Source: a virus (lineage: Duplodnaviria; Caudoviricetes). Taken from it: a DNA stretch of 64,000 nucleotides. Below are positions 53,000-62,798 of the stretch, piece by piece (positions within the stretch are counted from its first letter, which is position 1; each line of letters starts with the position of its first letter). The stretch is taken from positions 64,001 through 128,000 of the IMG/VR virus record IMGVR_UViG_3300028591_000108. One strand, 5' to 3'. The notes under the pieces were generated by a model. It did no database searches. It was given only the letters and a program-made list of their open reading frames with translations, and was not told the DNA's origin. The translations under genes were made by a program, and so were the position numbers.

Positions 53000-53153
53000 A
53001 GTCCCTTAGCGTAATGGTAGCGCAGTGGACTTTCGGCTCATAGTTTATTTGGCAAAATACTTTTAAACTAGTTGAGAGATATCAAGAGAAATAGGTTCGA
53101 TCCCTATTGAGCCGACGACTCCACACGTGTTGGTCCGATTCCAACAGGGACTG
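53000..53153 (+). tRNA. trnQ: tRNA-Gln(TTG) interrupted by an 83-nt tRNA-shaped insert (53034-53116) between positions 35/36
   Basis: Exon 1 AGTCCCT...GTGGA-CTTT and exon 2 GAC-TCCAC...GTTGG-TCCGATT-CCAAC-AGGGACT-G join to give the loop CTTTGAC. Confidence 0.82.
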
Positions 53154-53171
53154 CTTTTAGGAGGGATTATT

Positions 53172-53495
53172 ATGGCTAAAGATGAAACTCCAATTTATGA
53201 AATCTATGTAATGAGTGAACCTTGGCATTTGGATTCTGATAAGTTTCCAAGCTGTGGTCATCGAGAACGAGTAGGTTTTTACTACGAAAAAGATACTGCT
53301 ATTCGCGCAGTAGAAGAAAATTGGTGTGACCTTCAAGACTATTATGCTCAAGCCGCAGAGGTTTGTAAAGTAGAACCTGGTCTTTATTCCGTTCCCTCTC
53401 GGCGTGAATATTGGTACTTCCTATGGAACCAACAAGAAAAGAAATTTGAACTCGCGCGAAAGCCTAAGCTTGGATTATGGGAGGCAGGGTATTGA
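53172..53495 (+). CDS. Hypothetical protein
   Basis: RBS GGAGG before ATG 53172. The track start lies inside tRNA-Gln. Confidence 0.7.
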   Translation: MAKDETPIYEIYVMSEPWHLDSDKFPSCGHRERVGFYYEKDTAIRAVEENWCDLQDYYAQAAEVCKVEPGLYSVPSRREYWYFLWNQQEKKFELARKPKLGLWEAGY

Positions 53496-53935
53496 AACTT
53501 TATACATCTTATTGGGCGCAAGTGCGTAATTTTCCAAAAAACCTAGTCGGCCTTTCAACAACTATATGGAACCCACGCTGGAGAAAAATGGGTAAAGATG
53601 CGCGTGGAGTAATATGTGTTGATTGCCCTCCTTTTAAACCAGGACATAGCTGCGATGGTTTATGTAATGGGAAGTGTAATCCAAAACATCCAGAAGATTG
53701 CTTATTCCTCCAACACTATAAAGCTCAACTAGATAAAATTAATCCAATTACAATTCAAAATAGTTTAGGGAAACTTGCTGCACAAATTTGTCATGATGAA
53801 CATCTACCAGATGTAGATTTTGCTTTTTTATTTTATGAAACACCAACTAATCCTTGTAGTGAGCGAGTAATGGTACAACGTTGGTTCCAAGAACATGGAT
53901 ATGAAATTAAAGAATGGCAGAAACTAAAATCTTAA
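53492..53935 (+). CDS. DUF488-like protein
   Basis: LYTSYWA...PRW...Y..QL......FLFYETP...CSER..V..WF. Confidence 0.6.
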   Translation: MKLYTSYWAQVRNFPKNLVGLSTTIWNPRWRKMGKDARGVICVDCPPFKPGHSCDGLCNGKCNPKHPEDCLFLQHYKAQLDKINPITIQNSLGKLAAQICHDEHLPDVDFAFLFYETPTNPCSERVMVQRWFQEHGYEIKEWQKLKS

Positions 53936-54143
53936 AGCAAGCCTTAGCTTTTAATAAAAGTTTTATGCGTGCTTGTTATCATCCTAAAGCTCGTGTGCGA
54001 AAAAAGAATTATAAGCGCGCGAAACATATTATGAATTGGCAATGTAAAATTTATGGACATATGCTAGTTCCACAAAAATGGTTAAATATTTGACTTTATC
54101 GAAAATTTCTGGTATAATATAAATACAGAAAGGAGAGATAGAG

Positions 54144-54506
54144 ATGCGTAAGTATAGCATGAAGTCCCATAAGCGTAAAAATCATCAGCGTTGGTTTAAT
54201 CAGTATGTGCGTTATATCAACAAGAACATAGAAGAGGATGACCTTTGGCTTGGGCGTTTCTGTGTAAAACAGAAACGCACAAAAATGGAATGGTTTGAAG
54301 ACGGTAGCGGCGGTCTTATGACCGCAGAGCTTATTATGTGGGATAAAAAAACCCATACTGTTCGCGTTGGATGGTATAATGGCCTTGACATGGATTGGAA
54401 ATTTTGGCGCGATTTTAACCAGTTTATTATTGAAGATTGCAAAGTCTGGGAAGAAGAACCTAATGTGCGCGAAAACCGCGTCGACTATCGAAAGGAGCGT
54501 AAATGA
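54144..54506 (+). CDS. Hypothetical protein
   Basis: Promoter 54090, RBS AAGGAG. Confidence 0.7.
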   Translation: MRKYSMKSHKRKNHQRWFNQYVRYINKNIEEDDLWLGRFCVKQKRTKMEWFEDGSGGLMTAELIMWDKKTHTVRVGWYNGLDMDWKFWRDFNQFIIEDCKVWEEEPNVRENRVDYRKERK

Positions 54507-54730
54507 TGTTTTATAAATATAAGGTTGGCTGGTATGATAGTTATGCGGACAAAGAGACTTATGATGAGGGTATTGTATTCGCCCGCGAGTGGAGCCAGGC
54601 CGCAGACCATGTAGTAAAAAGCTACGGGGATGATAATGTTTTTGACTTGTATCTGAAAGAAATAATGACTGATGAAGAAGATTATTGCCTTTCCAAAGAA
54701 GAAGTCGACAGTGCTTTTAAAGAAGATTAA
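54503..54730 (+). CDS. Hypothetical acidic protein
   Basis: RBS AAGGAG, overlapping start. Confidence 0.65.
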   Translation: MMFYKYKVGWYDSYADKETYDEGIVFAREWSQAADHVVKSYGDDNVFDLYLKEIMTDEEDYCLSKEEVDSAFKED

Positions 54731-55120
54731 TAAGATACCGCAGAAAGGATGATGCGGGATAAAAATATCAACCATCTTTGACATAATCAAGAATCTGAAA
54801 TTGGTCACAGTTATGTCTTGAGACCTAAAGCCCTATTGACTCAATCGGACTATGCGTGTAAGCGATACTGTCAAAATATCGAACTGCAATTCTTAATAGC
54901 CCTGTTCGAGGCACAACCGCGCTAAAAGAGTCTGAAACGCTAGGCACTTCGAGTACGCGGCCAGCTCGTTAAATCGGCCTCAGAGGTACCGGTCACTCTG
55001 TATAATAACGACCGTGTATCATAGGTGTGTAGGCGGCGGCACCTAAACTCGCCACCCTGCGGCGCCAGTGGGATAATGCATTTAAGCAAAAGTCGCCCCA
55101 TTAAGACTGGCAATCATAAT

Positions 55121-55152
55121 CGGCGGCAAGTTACACTTGTCGCCATTTTTTT
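55121..55152 (+). terminator. Rho-independent terminator
   Basis: GGCGGCAAG-TTACA-CTTGTCGCC + T-tract. Confidence 0.7.
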
Positions 55153-55506
55153 ATTTGACTTTTTCTTAAAATTAGTGTATAATTTTTATGTAAGAAAGGG
55201 AAGATAGAAATGGAAAATAGCATTGAATACGATAAGTGGGACGCTCATATTCATGAGTATAACGAGCATACCGGTTTTCCAGAAGTAACACATTCGCGTG
55301 CTGCTGATTTTAATCCTCTGAATTCGATTGAATTTATCCTACATGGAAAAATGCCGGAAGAATATACGAAGGAGTATCAAAATTAATATGGATGCAGAAG
55401 CTTGGATTGTATTAATTTGCCTGCTTATTATAATTGTAATCGTGGCCATAGGTGATCCACCAGATAAATGGGGCGAACAATTTGAAGAAGATAAAGGAGA
55501 CAGAAA

Positions 55507-56322
55507 ATGAATTTTGATATTTATACTGAAGAAATGAGTAAATCGGTGTGGGATAAAGCTTTCTTTATGGATAAAATTATCGGTGCGAAGCTTGTTATTG
55601 ACTTTGGATGCGCTGACGGCGCTATGATTCGTATGCTTGCGCCGTTGTTTCCCAACACCACTTTCTATGGTTATGACATTAATGATGATTTGATTATTGA
55701 GGCTTGGCGCAAACTTGAATCTCCTGCGGATAAAAATACTTTCTTCTTTCATAAGGAGAGAAGCTTTGCCGATCGACATGATAGTTTTGAAGATATGATT
55801 GCTATGGCAATGCAGTATTACAAGCCTGATGAAATTTGTATTAACTTTTCTTCTGTGCTACATGAAGTTTTTTCTTCTAGCCCTAGTGGTAAAGAAACTA
55901 TTCGACGCCTTGTTAAAGAACTGCAGCCGAAGTACATTACTATTCGAGATATGTATTGGCACGCGGTTTCTAGCGTAAATGTACTACGTTGCTCAGAAGA
56001 TAAGATCCGAGCGCAGGTAGAAGAAAAGTATCTCAATGATTATGAAGCTACGTTTGATTATATACACTCTCCCCAGTCTATTACTCATTTCCTTATGAAG
56101 TACCAGTGGAAAGACAATGGATGGGAAGATGAAATGAAAGAAAACTATTTTTCCTATACTATTGAGGATTTTCTCAATGCTATGTGCCGATGGCAGTATA
56201 CTACTGTATTTGAATCTCATTATCAGCTTCCTTATTTGACAGAAAAATGGAAGAATGAATATGATTTCTTTGTGCCAGAAGCGCATACTCATGCACAGTT
56301 TATTCTTAGGAGGAATGATTAA
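55507..56322 (+). CDS. Class I SAM-dependent methyltransferase
   Basis: VIDFGCADG motif I, GYDIN, NFSSVLHEV, ITIRD. Confidence 0.8.
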   Translation: MNFDIYTEEMSKSVWDKAFFMDKIIGAKLVIDFGCADGAMIRMLAPLFPNTTFYGYDINDDLIIEAWRKLESPADKNTFFFHKERSFADRHDSFEDMIAMAMQYYKPDEICINFSSVLHEVFSSSPSGKETIRRLVKELQPKYITIRDMYWHAVSSVNVLRCSEDKIRAQVEEKYLNDYEATFDYIHSPQSITHFLMKYQWKDNGWEDEMKENYFSYTIEDFLNAMCRWQYTTVFESHYQLPYLTEKWKNEYDFFVPEAHTHAQFILRRND

Positions 56323-56849
56323 TGGCGATTTTATATATTCTTTGCGGCCCGAGCGCTTGTGGTAAAAGCACTTGGCGCGACACTTTTATTGCAGAGCATA
56401 GCGATAAGGATATTCGATATGTTTCTCGTGACGAAATTCGTTTTTCTATGCTTGAAGAAGGCGAAGATTATTTTGCTCATGAGAAAGAAGTTTTCAAGAA
56501 GTTTGTTAGCACCTTGGCGCAGACTCTTGTTGACGGATTTGACGTAATTGCAGACGCTACTCATCTTAATGAGTTTTCGCGCAAGAAGCTTACCAACGCA
56601 CTTGACCGTATTGGCGTAGATTATGAAATTAAGTATGTAGTATTCTATACCTTGTACTCCGAATGCTGTGAGCGGGATGCAATGCGCGAAGGCATGGCAT
56701 ACGTAGGTCCTGATGTTATTCGTGGAATGTTCCGCTCCTTTAAGGCGCCGACTCTTGAAGAAGATCGTCGCGCCACAGAAATTATTGAAGTAGGAAATAA
56801 GAAAGGAGATTTTTCCTTTCTGATAGACCCCTACTGGAAGGAGATGTAA
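56322..56849 (+). CDS. Polynucleotide kinase-like P-loop kinase (AAA_33)
   Basis: LCGPSACGKSTW, VSRDEIR, ADATHL..R and C.ERD..R, as in T4 Pnk-type kinase domains. Confidence 0.82.
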   Translation: MAILYILCGPSACGKSTWRDTFIAEHSDKDIRYVSRDEIRFSMLEEGEDYFAHEKEVFKKFVSTLAQTLVDGFDVIADATHLNEFSRKKLTNALDRIGVDYEIKYVVFYTLYSECCERDAMREGMAYVGPDVIRGMFRSFKAPTLEEDRRATEIIEVGNKKGDFSFLIDPYWKEM

Positions 56850-56850
56850 G

Positions 56851-57417
56851 ATGGGTGATATTTGGCTCTCGTCAGATTTACATCTGATGCATAATAAGCC
56901 ATTCTTATACGAACCTCGTGGCTTTACTTCTACCGAGGAAATGTGTGAAGCTATTGTAGAACGTTGGAACTCAGTTGTAAGAGACGAAGATCTTGTTTAT
57001 AATCTAGGCGATATTGCTCTTAGCGATGTTGATGCAGCTATTCCTTATCTACAGCGGCTTAAGGGACACCAAATATGGATTCTCGGGAACCACGATACTT
57101 TAGGAAAGATAGAGAAAATCTTGCCTGCATGTCCCAAAATCCAGCTTCTTGGCACTGAAAGGACTTCTTATGCCACTGTCATTAAGAGCGGAAAATGGAG
57201 CTTTTATCTATCGCATTATCCCACTTTGACTGGAAATAACGAAACTTGGCGTAAAGTAGCTAATCTTTGTGGCCATAGTCATACGCAAGACAAATGGGTT
57301 GACTGGGACAAAATGTGCTATCATGTAGAGATGGATGCCCATGACTGCTATCCAGTAAATTTGGAACATATTAAAGATCAAATTCGAAAGAAATATTTGA
57401 CTTCTCTTGAAAATTGA
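56851..57417 (+). CDS. Calcineurin-like metallophosphoesterase
   Basis: SDLH, LGD, GNHD, SHYP, GHSH motifs. Confidence 0.88.
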   Translation: MGDIWLSSDLHLMHNKPFLYEPRGFTSTEEMCEAIVERWNSVVRDEDLVYNLGDIALSDVDAAIPYLQRLKGHQIWILGNHDTLGKIEKILPACPKIQLLGTERTSYATVIKSGKWSFYLSHYPTLTGNNETWRKVANLCGHSHTQDKWVDWDKMCYHVEMDAHDCYPVNLEHIKDQIRKKYLTSLEN

Positions 57418-57556
57418 GTTATAATAATTATGTTAAAAGATAATAAATGTTTGATTGGATCACCATGCAAACATTGTGATCCTTCAGTATGTTTATTTTA
57501 TAAACACTCTTACAGTCGTGACAACGACCAAGATGAAAAGGAGAATAAAAAGGAAA

Positions 57557-57919
57557 ATGAAAGATTGCGTATGTATGCACCCCGGACATGTGGAATATCT
57601 GGGACTAGGAGAACTAGAGACTGTTGAAATTCCAATAAATTATCATTATGAACGGCATCATTGTGGTGGCGGTTATACATGCGATGATTTTAAAAAAGAG
57701 CTTATTCGTCCTAAAGTATTCCTACTTACTGGGTTTCACCCTGGACGCTTATTTAAAGTTATACACGGTCTTTCTGAACGAATTCAAGTTTGTCCATTTT
57801 GTGGTCGTAATACAGCTGAGTGGCATGAAGAGCATGATGTAGATGAATATCCGCAAGCTTTTATTGATTTATATGAACGTCCCTCAAATGTGATGGAAGG
57901 TATAGAAGGATATTTATAA
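57557..57919 (+). CDS. Hypothetical protein (Cys/His motifs)
   Basis: Likely start at ATG 57557. CPFCG motif. Confidence 0.55.
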   Translation: MKDCVCMHPGHVEYLGLGELETVEIPINYHYERHHCGGGYTCDDFKKELIRPKVFLLTGFHPGRLFKVIHGLSERIQVCPFCGRNTAEWHEEHDVDEYPQAFIDLYERPSNVMEGIEGYL

Positions 57920-57963
57920 TTCTACAATCTAGTTTTAAACCAAGATGAAAAAGGAGAAAGAAA

Positions 57964-58218
57964 ATGATCTATCGCCGGAAGTCAGAGACAGTTGAAGCAA
58001 TCATGTTTGACGGCTCTAATTTAGAGCAAATTCGGCAGTTCCTGAAAGATTATTTCAAATATGGCCATATTATGGAAGATGGACATTTATTTTTAATGCT
58101 AAATAGTAATAATGCGCTTTATAGCGCACAGGTTTATGATTATATTGTAGTAGATAAAATGCATGGATTTACTATGAATAAGAAAGCCTTTGAAAATACT
58201 TATATCCCGCGGTCTTGA
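57964..58218 (+). CDS. Hypothetical phage protein
   Basis: YRRK...VEAIMFDG.N...DYIV......F...Y pattern. Confidence 0.65.
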   Translation: MIYRRKSETVEAIMFDGSNLEQIRQFLKDYFKYGHIMEDGHLFLMLNSNNALYSAQVYDYIVVDKMHGFTMNKKAFENTYIPRS

Positions 58219-58247
58219 TAAAGACTAAGATGAAAAGGAGAAAAAAA

Positions 58248-59741
58248 ATGAACGAACTACTAAAGAATCTGAAGACTGAAACTAATTACCGTTATACCGA
58301 GAACGGCGCCCTGACTCATAAGTCTACGCTAAATAAAGTGCTGGATATGTTTGCTATGGGCGGTTCTATGCGTAATCGCTCTGACGATGATGTTATTAAC
58401 ATGTTCAAGCAGGCATACGAAGAGGATAGGACTCTTGCGCTAAAGTGTCTCTTCTATCTGCGCGATGTACGCGGCGGTGCAGGTGAGAGACGATTTTTCC
58501 GCATTTGTATCAAGTGGCTTGCTAATGAATGTCCGGAAGAGATGGAACACCTAATTCCCCTCATTAGTGAATATGGCCGCTACGACGACCTTTTTGAGCT
58601 ATTTGGCACTCCTTGCGAAGCCGCGATGATAGGATATATTTTCCATGTCCTTAATAAGAATGAAGATCATCTTATTTATAAATGGATGCCTTCGATCAAT
58701 GCATCTTCTAAAGAAAGCAAAATTCGTGGACGTAAATTCGTGCATGAATTCGGCATGACTGAGCGTCAGTATCGTCAGATGCTTTCTGAAGGCCGCAAAG
58801 CCTGTCACTTGGTCGAAACTCTTATGAGCCAGAATCAGTGGAACCAGATTGCATTTGATAAGCTGCCTTCTCGCGCAGGTCTTCTATATAAGAATGCTTT
58901 CATGCGCCGTGAGGAAACTAAAGAACGCTATGCTGAGTTTATGTCCCGCAAGGACACTAAGGTAAATGCGAGTGTACTGAATCCTGTTGAAATCGCGCAC
59001 CAGATTCTTGGTACGTGGAGTACTCCCTCTGCTACTGAGCGTCAGGCTTGGCAGAAGTATTGGGATAATCTGAAAGATTATTACAATGGCCGCGAAGAGC
59101 CTGGCATTGCAGTAGTTGATGTCAGTGGCAGTATGAGTGGCACTCCTATGGAAGCCGCAGTTTCTATGGGTGCGTATATTGCCGAACGCGGGAAAGGCCC
59201 GTTCCAGAATCATTTTATTACTTTCAGCGCTAATCCGCAGCTAGTAGAATTTGAAGGCGTAGATATCTATGATAAGTTTAAACGTGCGGTACGTGCAGAC
59301 TGGGGACAGAATACGAACCTTGAAGCAGTATTTGATATGCTGCTGGAGACTGGTCTACGCAATCATGTGCCAGATGCCGAAATGCCGAAGACGATTTACA
59401 TATTTTCGGATATGGAATTCGATCACGGTTTGACTTGCGGCGCGCGTTCCCTTGATCGTTGGGACTATAATATGCGTTCTATGAATCGCTCGCAGATTGA
59501 TACACTCATTGAGGCTAAGACTAAAGAATGGATGTGGGCAGGATATACCGCACCGAGAGTAATCTTCTGGAACCTCAATGCTCGGCAGCCCAACATTCCC
59601 GCTATTGGCCCGGGATTCTCCTATTGTAGCGGTTTCTCTATGAGCGCGCTTGAAGGAGTACTTTCCGGTAAAGATGGTATCAAAATGATGCGAACTGTAC
59701 TAGAAGGAGAGCGCTATGCGCCAATTTCTAGTGTTCTATAA
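58248..59741 (+). CDS. DUF2828 / TROVE(Ro60-like)-vWA domain protein
   Basis: TENGA..H.ST...LD.F, LFYLRDVRGGAGERR.FR, EYGRYDDL, KWMPS, vWA MIDAS DVSGSM, NTNL..VFD, SDMEFD, FWNL. Confidence 0.82.
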   Translation: MNELLKNLKTETNYRYTENGALTHKSTLNKVLDMFAMGGSMRNRSDDDVINMFKQAYEEDRTLALKCLFYLRDVRGGAGERRFFRICIKWLANECPEEMEHLIPLISEYGRYDDLFELFGTPCEAAMIGYIFHVLNKNEDHLIYKWMPSINASSKESKIRGRKFVHEFGMTERQYRQMLSEGRKACHLVETLMSQNQWNQIAFDKLPSRAGLLYKNAFMRREETKERYAEFMSRKDTKVNASVLNPVEIAHQILGTWSTPSATERQAWQKYWDNLKDYYNGREEPGIAVVDVSGSMSGTPMEAAVSMGAYIAERGKGPFQNHFITFSANPQLVEFEGVDIYDKFKRAVRADWGQNTNLEAVFDMLLETGLRNHVPDAEMPKTIYIFSDMEFDHGLTCGARSLDRWDYNMRSMNRSQIDTLIEAKTKEWMWAGYTAPRVIFWNLNARQPNIPAIGPGFSYCSGFSMSALEGVLSGKDGIKMMRTVLEGERYAPISSVL

Positions 59742-59823
59742 ATTCTCTCTTTCTGAAAAGTCAAGCAATCAAATGCTTGACTTTTTTCATATTTTTTGAT
59801 ATAATTAATTTATAAGGAGGAAG

Positions 59824-60585
59824 ATGATGGATATTATAGAAGCAGTTAAAAGACATCATCAATGGGTAAAAGATAAAGGTTATGAAACAGTAATGACTGT
59901 CTTAATTGGCAGCCAAAATTATTGTTTAGACAATGAAAATAGTGATATTGATACTTTTACTTTTATTTTTCCTACCATTGACGATTTATCAGCCGCGTGC
60001 GAACCGGATAGTGGTGAATTTGAAGTCGAAGATGGAAAATGTATGTATAAAGATATTCGACTTGCGCTTAATCTTTTAAAGAAAGCATCTCCAAATAGTG
60101 TTGAATGCTTTGTCGGAGCGTATAAATATTATGAACCTAAATATGCTACTATCTTAGAAAAATATTTAGATAATGAGTATATTTTAAATAAAATGGTACA
60201 TTGCAATTATTCTCATATGTTATATGCAATGGCTGGAATGGCACATCAGCTTACTAAACGCAATATGCCTGCCGGAAAACGCTATTCTCATGCCTTACGT
60301 CTATATAGTATGAAAGATAACTTTTTGAATTTTACAGATACATCTCAATTGCTTAAATTATTGCCTCGTGATTATCAAGAAGCTCTACATGCTAAGAGAG
60401 ATACATTGGAATCTCATAATGCATATTATAATGATGGCTGTGAAAGTATTGCAAATCTTTTAGACGATTGTCGCAATGAGTTTAAAAAAACAGTTATTCA
60501 ACAAGCGATTGAAACAGAAGGAAAACAATTAATTGAATTAATGCAATATGAATTAATGCATTATTATATTAAATATATTTTATAA
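59824..60585 (+). CDS. Pol-beta superfamily nucleotidyltransferase (RlaP/YcgL-like)
   Basis: IGSQNY.LD.E.SDIDT, KDIR....LL.K.SPN.VE, K.YSHALRL. Confidence 0.75.
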   Translation: MMDIIEAVKRHHQWVKDKGYETVMTVLIGSQNYCLDNENSDIDTFTFIFPTIDDLSAACEPDSGEFEVEDGKCMYKDIRLALNLLKKASPNSVECFVGAYKYYEPKYATILEKYLDNEYILNKMVHCNYSHMLYAMAGMAHQLTKRNMPAGKRYSHALRLYSMKDNFLNFTDTSQLLKLLPRDYQEALHAKRDTLESHNAYYNDGCESIANLLDDCRNEFKKTVIQQAIETEGKQLIELMQYELMHYYIKYIL

Positions 60586-60596
60586 GAGGAGACATA

Positions 60597-61001
60597 ATGG
60601 ATCTAAAAATTCACAATGGGATGCGCGTCCTATATAAACACAATGGGCAATGGTGCGTTGGAAAACTTACAAATCAAGAGTCGCCAGTGCTTACTGAAAA
60701 GGGATTATTTGTATTTGTTATTCCTAAAAACTATATGGATGCAGAAGAAGTACCATATCTGCATGATGTAGAAATTAATGATTTGTTCCTAGAAGCGGTC
60801 CCAGTAGAAGATTGGATGGCTCAGTATGGCTATCTAATGCCAAAAGAAGATTATATTAATTTCATTAAAAGCGAAGACTTTGATAAGAATGTTGAACGTG
60901 CGTATGTATCAGATGGTGAATATTATTATTATAATGTAAACAAATACTCAGAACAATGGTTGAATAAACAGCCATTTGATTTTATAGTGAGGGAAGAATG
61001 A
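60597..61001 (+). CDS. Hypothetical protein
   Basis: RBS GAGGAG. Confidence 0.7.
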   Translation: MDLKIHNGMRVLYKHNGQWCVGKLTNQESPVLTEKGLFVFVIPKNYMDAEEVPYLHDVEINDLFLEAVPVEDWMAQYGYLMPKEDYINFIKSEDFDKNVERAYVSDGEYYYYNVNKYSEQWLNKQPFDFIVREE

Positions 61002-61600
61002 AACCGAAATTAACATGGCATAATATCCTAGGCCATTGGAAAACAATTCGTACTCATAGAAAATGGGTTAGATATTATTGCAATCTTGCTGGTATCCGTT
61101 GGCGCGGATTAAAACATGATTTATCGAAATATTCGCCCACTGAATTTTTTGAATCCGCGCGTTATTGGACTGGGACTAGTTCTCCAATAAACGAAGCTAA
61201 GAAACAGCAGGGCTATTCGCGCGCATGGCTACATCATCGCGGCCGCAATCCTCATCATTGGGCATACTGGGCAGATAATTTTAGCGAAGGGCTGACAGTA
61301 TATCCGATGCCCATGAATGATTTTGTAGAATTGGTTTGTGATTTTCTCGCGGCTGGTCGGGCTTATAGTGGTGACATGTTTTCATATAGTAATGAGCGTC
61401 TTTGGTGGCTTCATGAGCGTGATCATGGTTCGCGCGCAATGAACGAGAAAAATAAGAAAATGCTTGATGTTATTTTTTCTGACTTAGAGTTCGCGGATAA
61501 TCATCTGCTGAGTGGTTGTCCTACTGGACTATTAACCATGACTCCAGAAACCCTAATTAAAACTGGTTACATTCAAGAAGTTTGGAGGGCTAATCAATGA
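60998..61600 (+). CDS. DUF5662-like HD-fold protein
   Basis: H..TI.TH, HDLSKYSPTEF, AWLHH.GRNPHHW.YW, ELVCD..AA. Confidence 0.72.
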   Translation: MKPKLTWHNILGHWKTIRTHRKWVRYYCNLAGIRWRGLKHDLSKYSPTEFFESARYWTGTSSPINEAKKQQGYSRAWLHHRGRNPHHWAYWADNFSEGLTVYPMPMNDFVELVCDFLAAGRAYSGDMFSYSNERLWWLHERDHGSRAMNEKNKKMLDVIFSDLEFADNHLLSGCPTGLLTMTPETLIKTGYIQEVWRANQ

Positions 61601-61818
61601 AGTGGATTAAGCGCGAAATAAAATTAGAAGATGTCGAAGCGATAGCTTCCCAAGGCATGGCAATGGCTAAAGCAGGAAATCCACTTGTAGAGAAACTTAG
61701 ATGTGTATATCAACTTGAAAATGATCCTGTAATCTATATGATTCCGTTATTAGATTATATAGATACAGTACCAGACCAAAAAATCATCTCCTTTCAACTT
61801 TGTCAAATGGTCGAATAA
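61597..61818 (+). CDS. Hypothetical protein
   Basis: RBS GGAGG, overlapping start. Confidence 0.55.
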   Translation: MKWIKREIKLEDVEAIASQGMAMAKAGNPLVEKLRCVYQLENDPVIYMIPLLDYIDTVPDQKIISFQLCQMVE

Positions 61819-61875
61819 CCATTTGACTTTTTTTAAATTTATGTTATAATTTTTATAGAAAGAGAGGTAAGAGGA

Positions 61876-62595
61876 ATGGTCGCAAAAACTTATCAAAGTT
61901 TAGAAATCCAAGGAGAGCCTTTTAAAGAGAATAAGCGTTTGTATGTTAATGTGCTTACTGCCAAGGGGCCAAAAAAAGTCCGCTGGTATACAGATGCTGA
62001 GTATCGACGCATGTATCCTGATGCGCCAGTAGAAAATAAATTAATGGACTTCAATGCTAAACATGCTTTTGGCTTTGACGAAAAAGGCTATATTACTTTA
62101 TATAAAGGAGACAAGCGAGTAGTAGAGAGGTGGGCTGAAAATGACCGTACTAATATTTGGCGTAATACTACTTTTGGGTATTATACTCCTAGTAAATTTC
62201 CCACGCCCAAAACCGTAAGCGGAATTGAACCTATTCAGCTAAAGTGGGAACAAGTACAAGATTATGAAGACAGGATGAAACCCCATGAAGAAGTCGCTAA
62301 GTTGGTCAGCCATCTTCTTGGTACTGATGTTATTAGCAGCAGTACCTACCAAGGACAAGAAAATGACTGGCTTGAAAAAGAAGTTGTTGTTAAAGAGAAT
62401 CTCGCGCGTGAAGATCATTTTGGCGAAAAGCATACGCATTTTATGCGCGATGCCGAAGGTAATACTTATGTATGGGAAACAGGCACCAAAAATCTTGAAG
62501 TTGGTATGGCTCTTAAGCTGAGAATGAAGGTTAAGACGCATAAAGAAATTAATGGAGAAAAGTGTACTGTAGTTTGGTACTGTAAAATTATATGA
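61876..62595 (+). CDS. Hypothetical protein with C-terminal OB-fold-like region
   Basis: Promoter 61823. F.D.EGN.YVW.T......G.......VK.H....G...T. Confidence 0.7.
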   Translation: MVAKTYQSLEIQGEPFKENKRLYVNVLTAKGPKKVRWYTDAEYRRMYPDAPVENKLMDFNAKHAFGFDEKGYITLYKGDKRVVERWAENDRTNIWRNTTFGYYTPSKFPTPKTVSGIEPIQLKWEQVQDYEDRMKPHEEVAKLVSHLLGTDVISSSTYQGQENDWLEKEVVVKENLAREDHFGEKHTHFMRDAEGNTYVWETGTKNLEVGMALKLRMKVKTHKEINGEKCTVVWYCKII

Positions 62596-62798
62596 TTGTT
62601 TTAAGTAATTACTATAAAGGACTTGTATGCCGCTGTAATAACTGCGGCGCACTACTCGGATATAAGCCAGAGGATGTACATAACAATTCTTATGTAACAT
62701 GTCCGCGATGCAAATTTGAAATTTTAACTAAAATGCAACTTGATTATGATGGGCTGGTAAGAGAGGAGAAAAAAGATGGCGAAGCTGTGGTTCGGTAA
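62592..62798 (+). CDS. Zinc-ribbon protein
   Basis: CNNCG...CPRC. Confidence 0.6.
   Translation: MIVLSNYYKGLVCRCNNCGALLGYKPEDVHNNSYVTCPRCKFEILTKMQLDYDGLVREEKKDGEAVVR

Noticed and set aside
53034-53116. Group I or BHB-type tRNA intron
   Set aside because: Too short for a group I core, no evident bulge-helix-bulge, and it folds as a cloverleaf.
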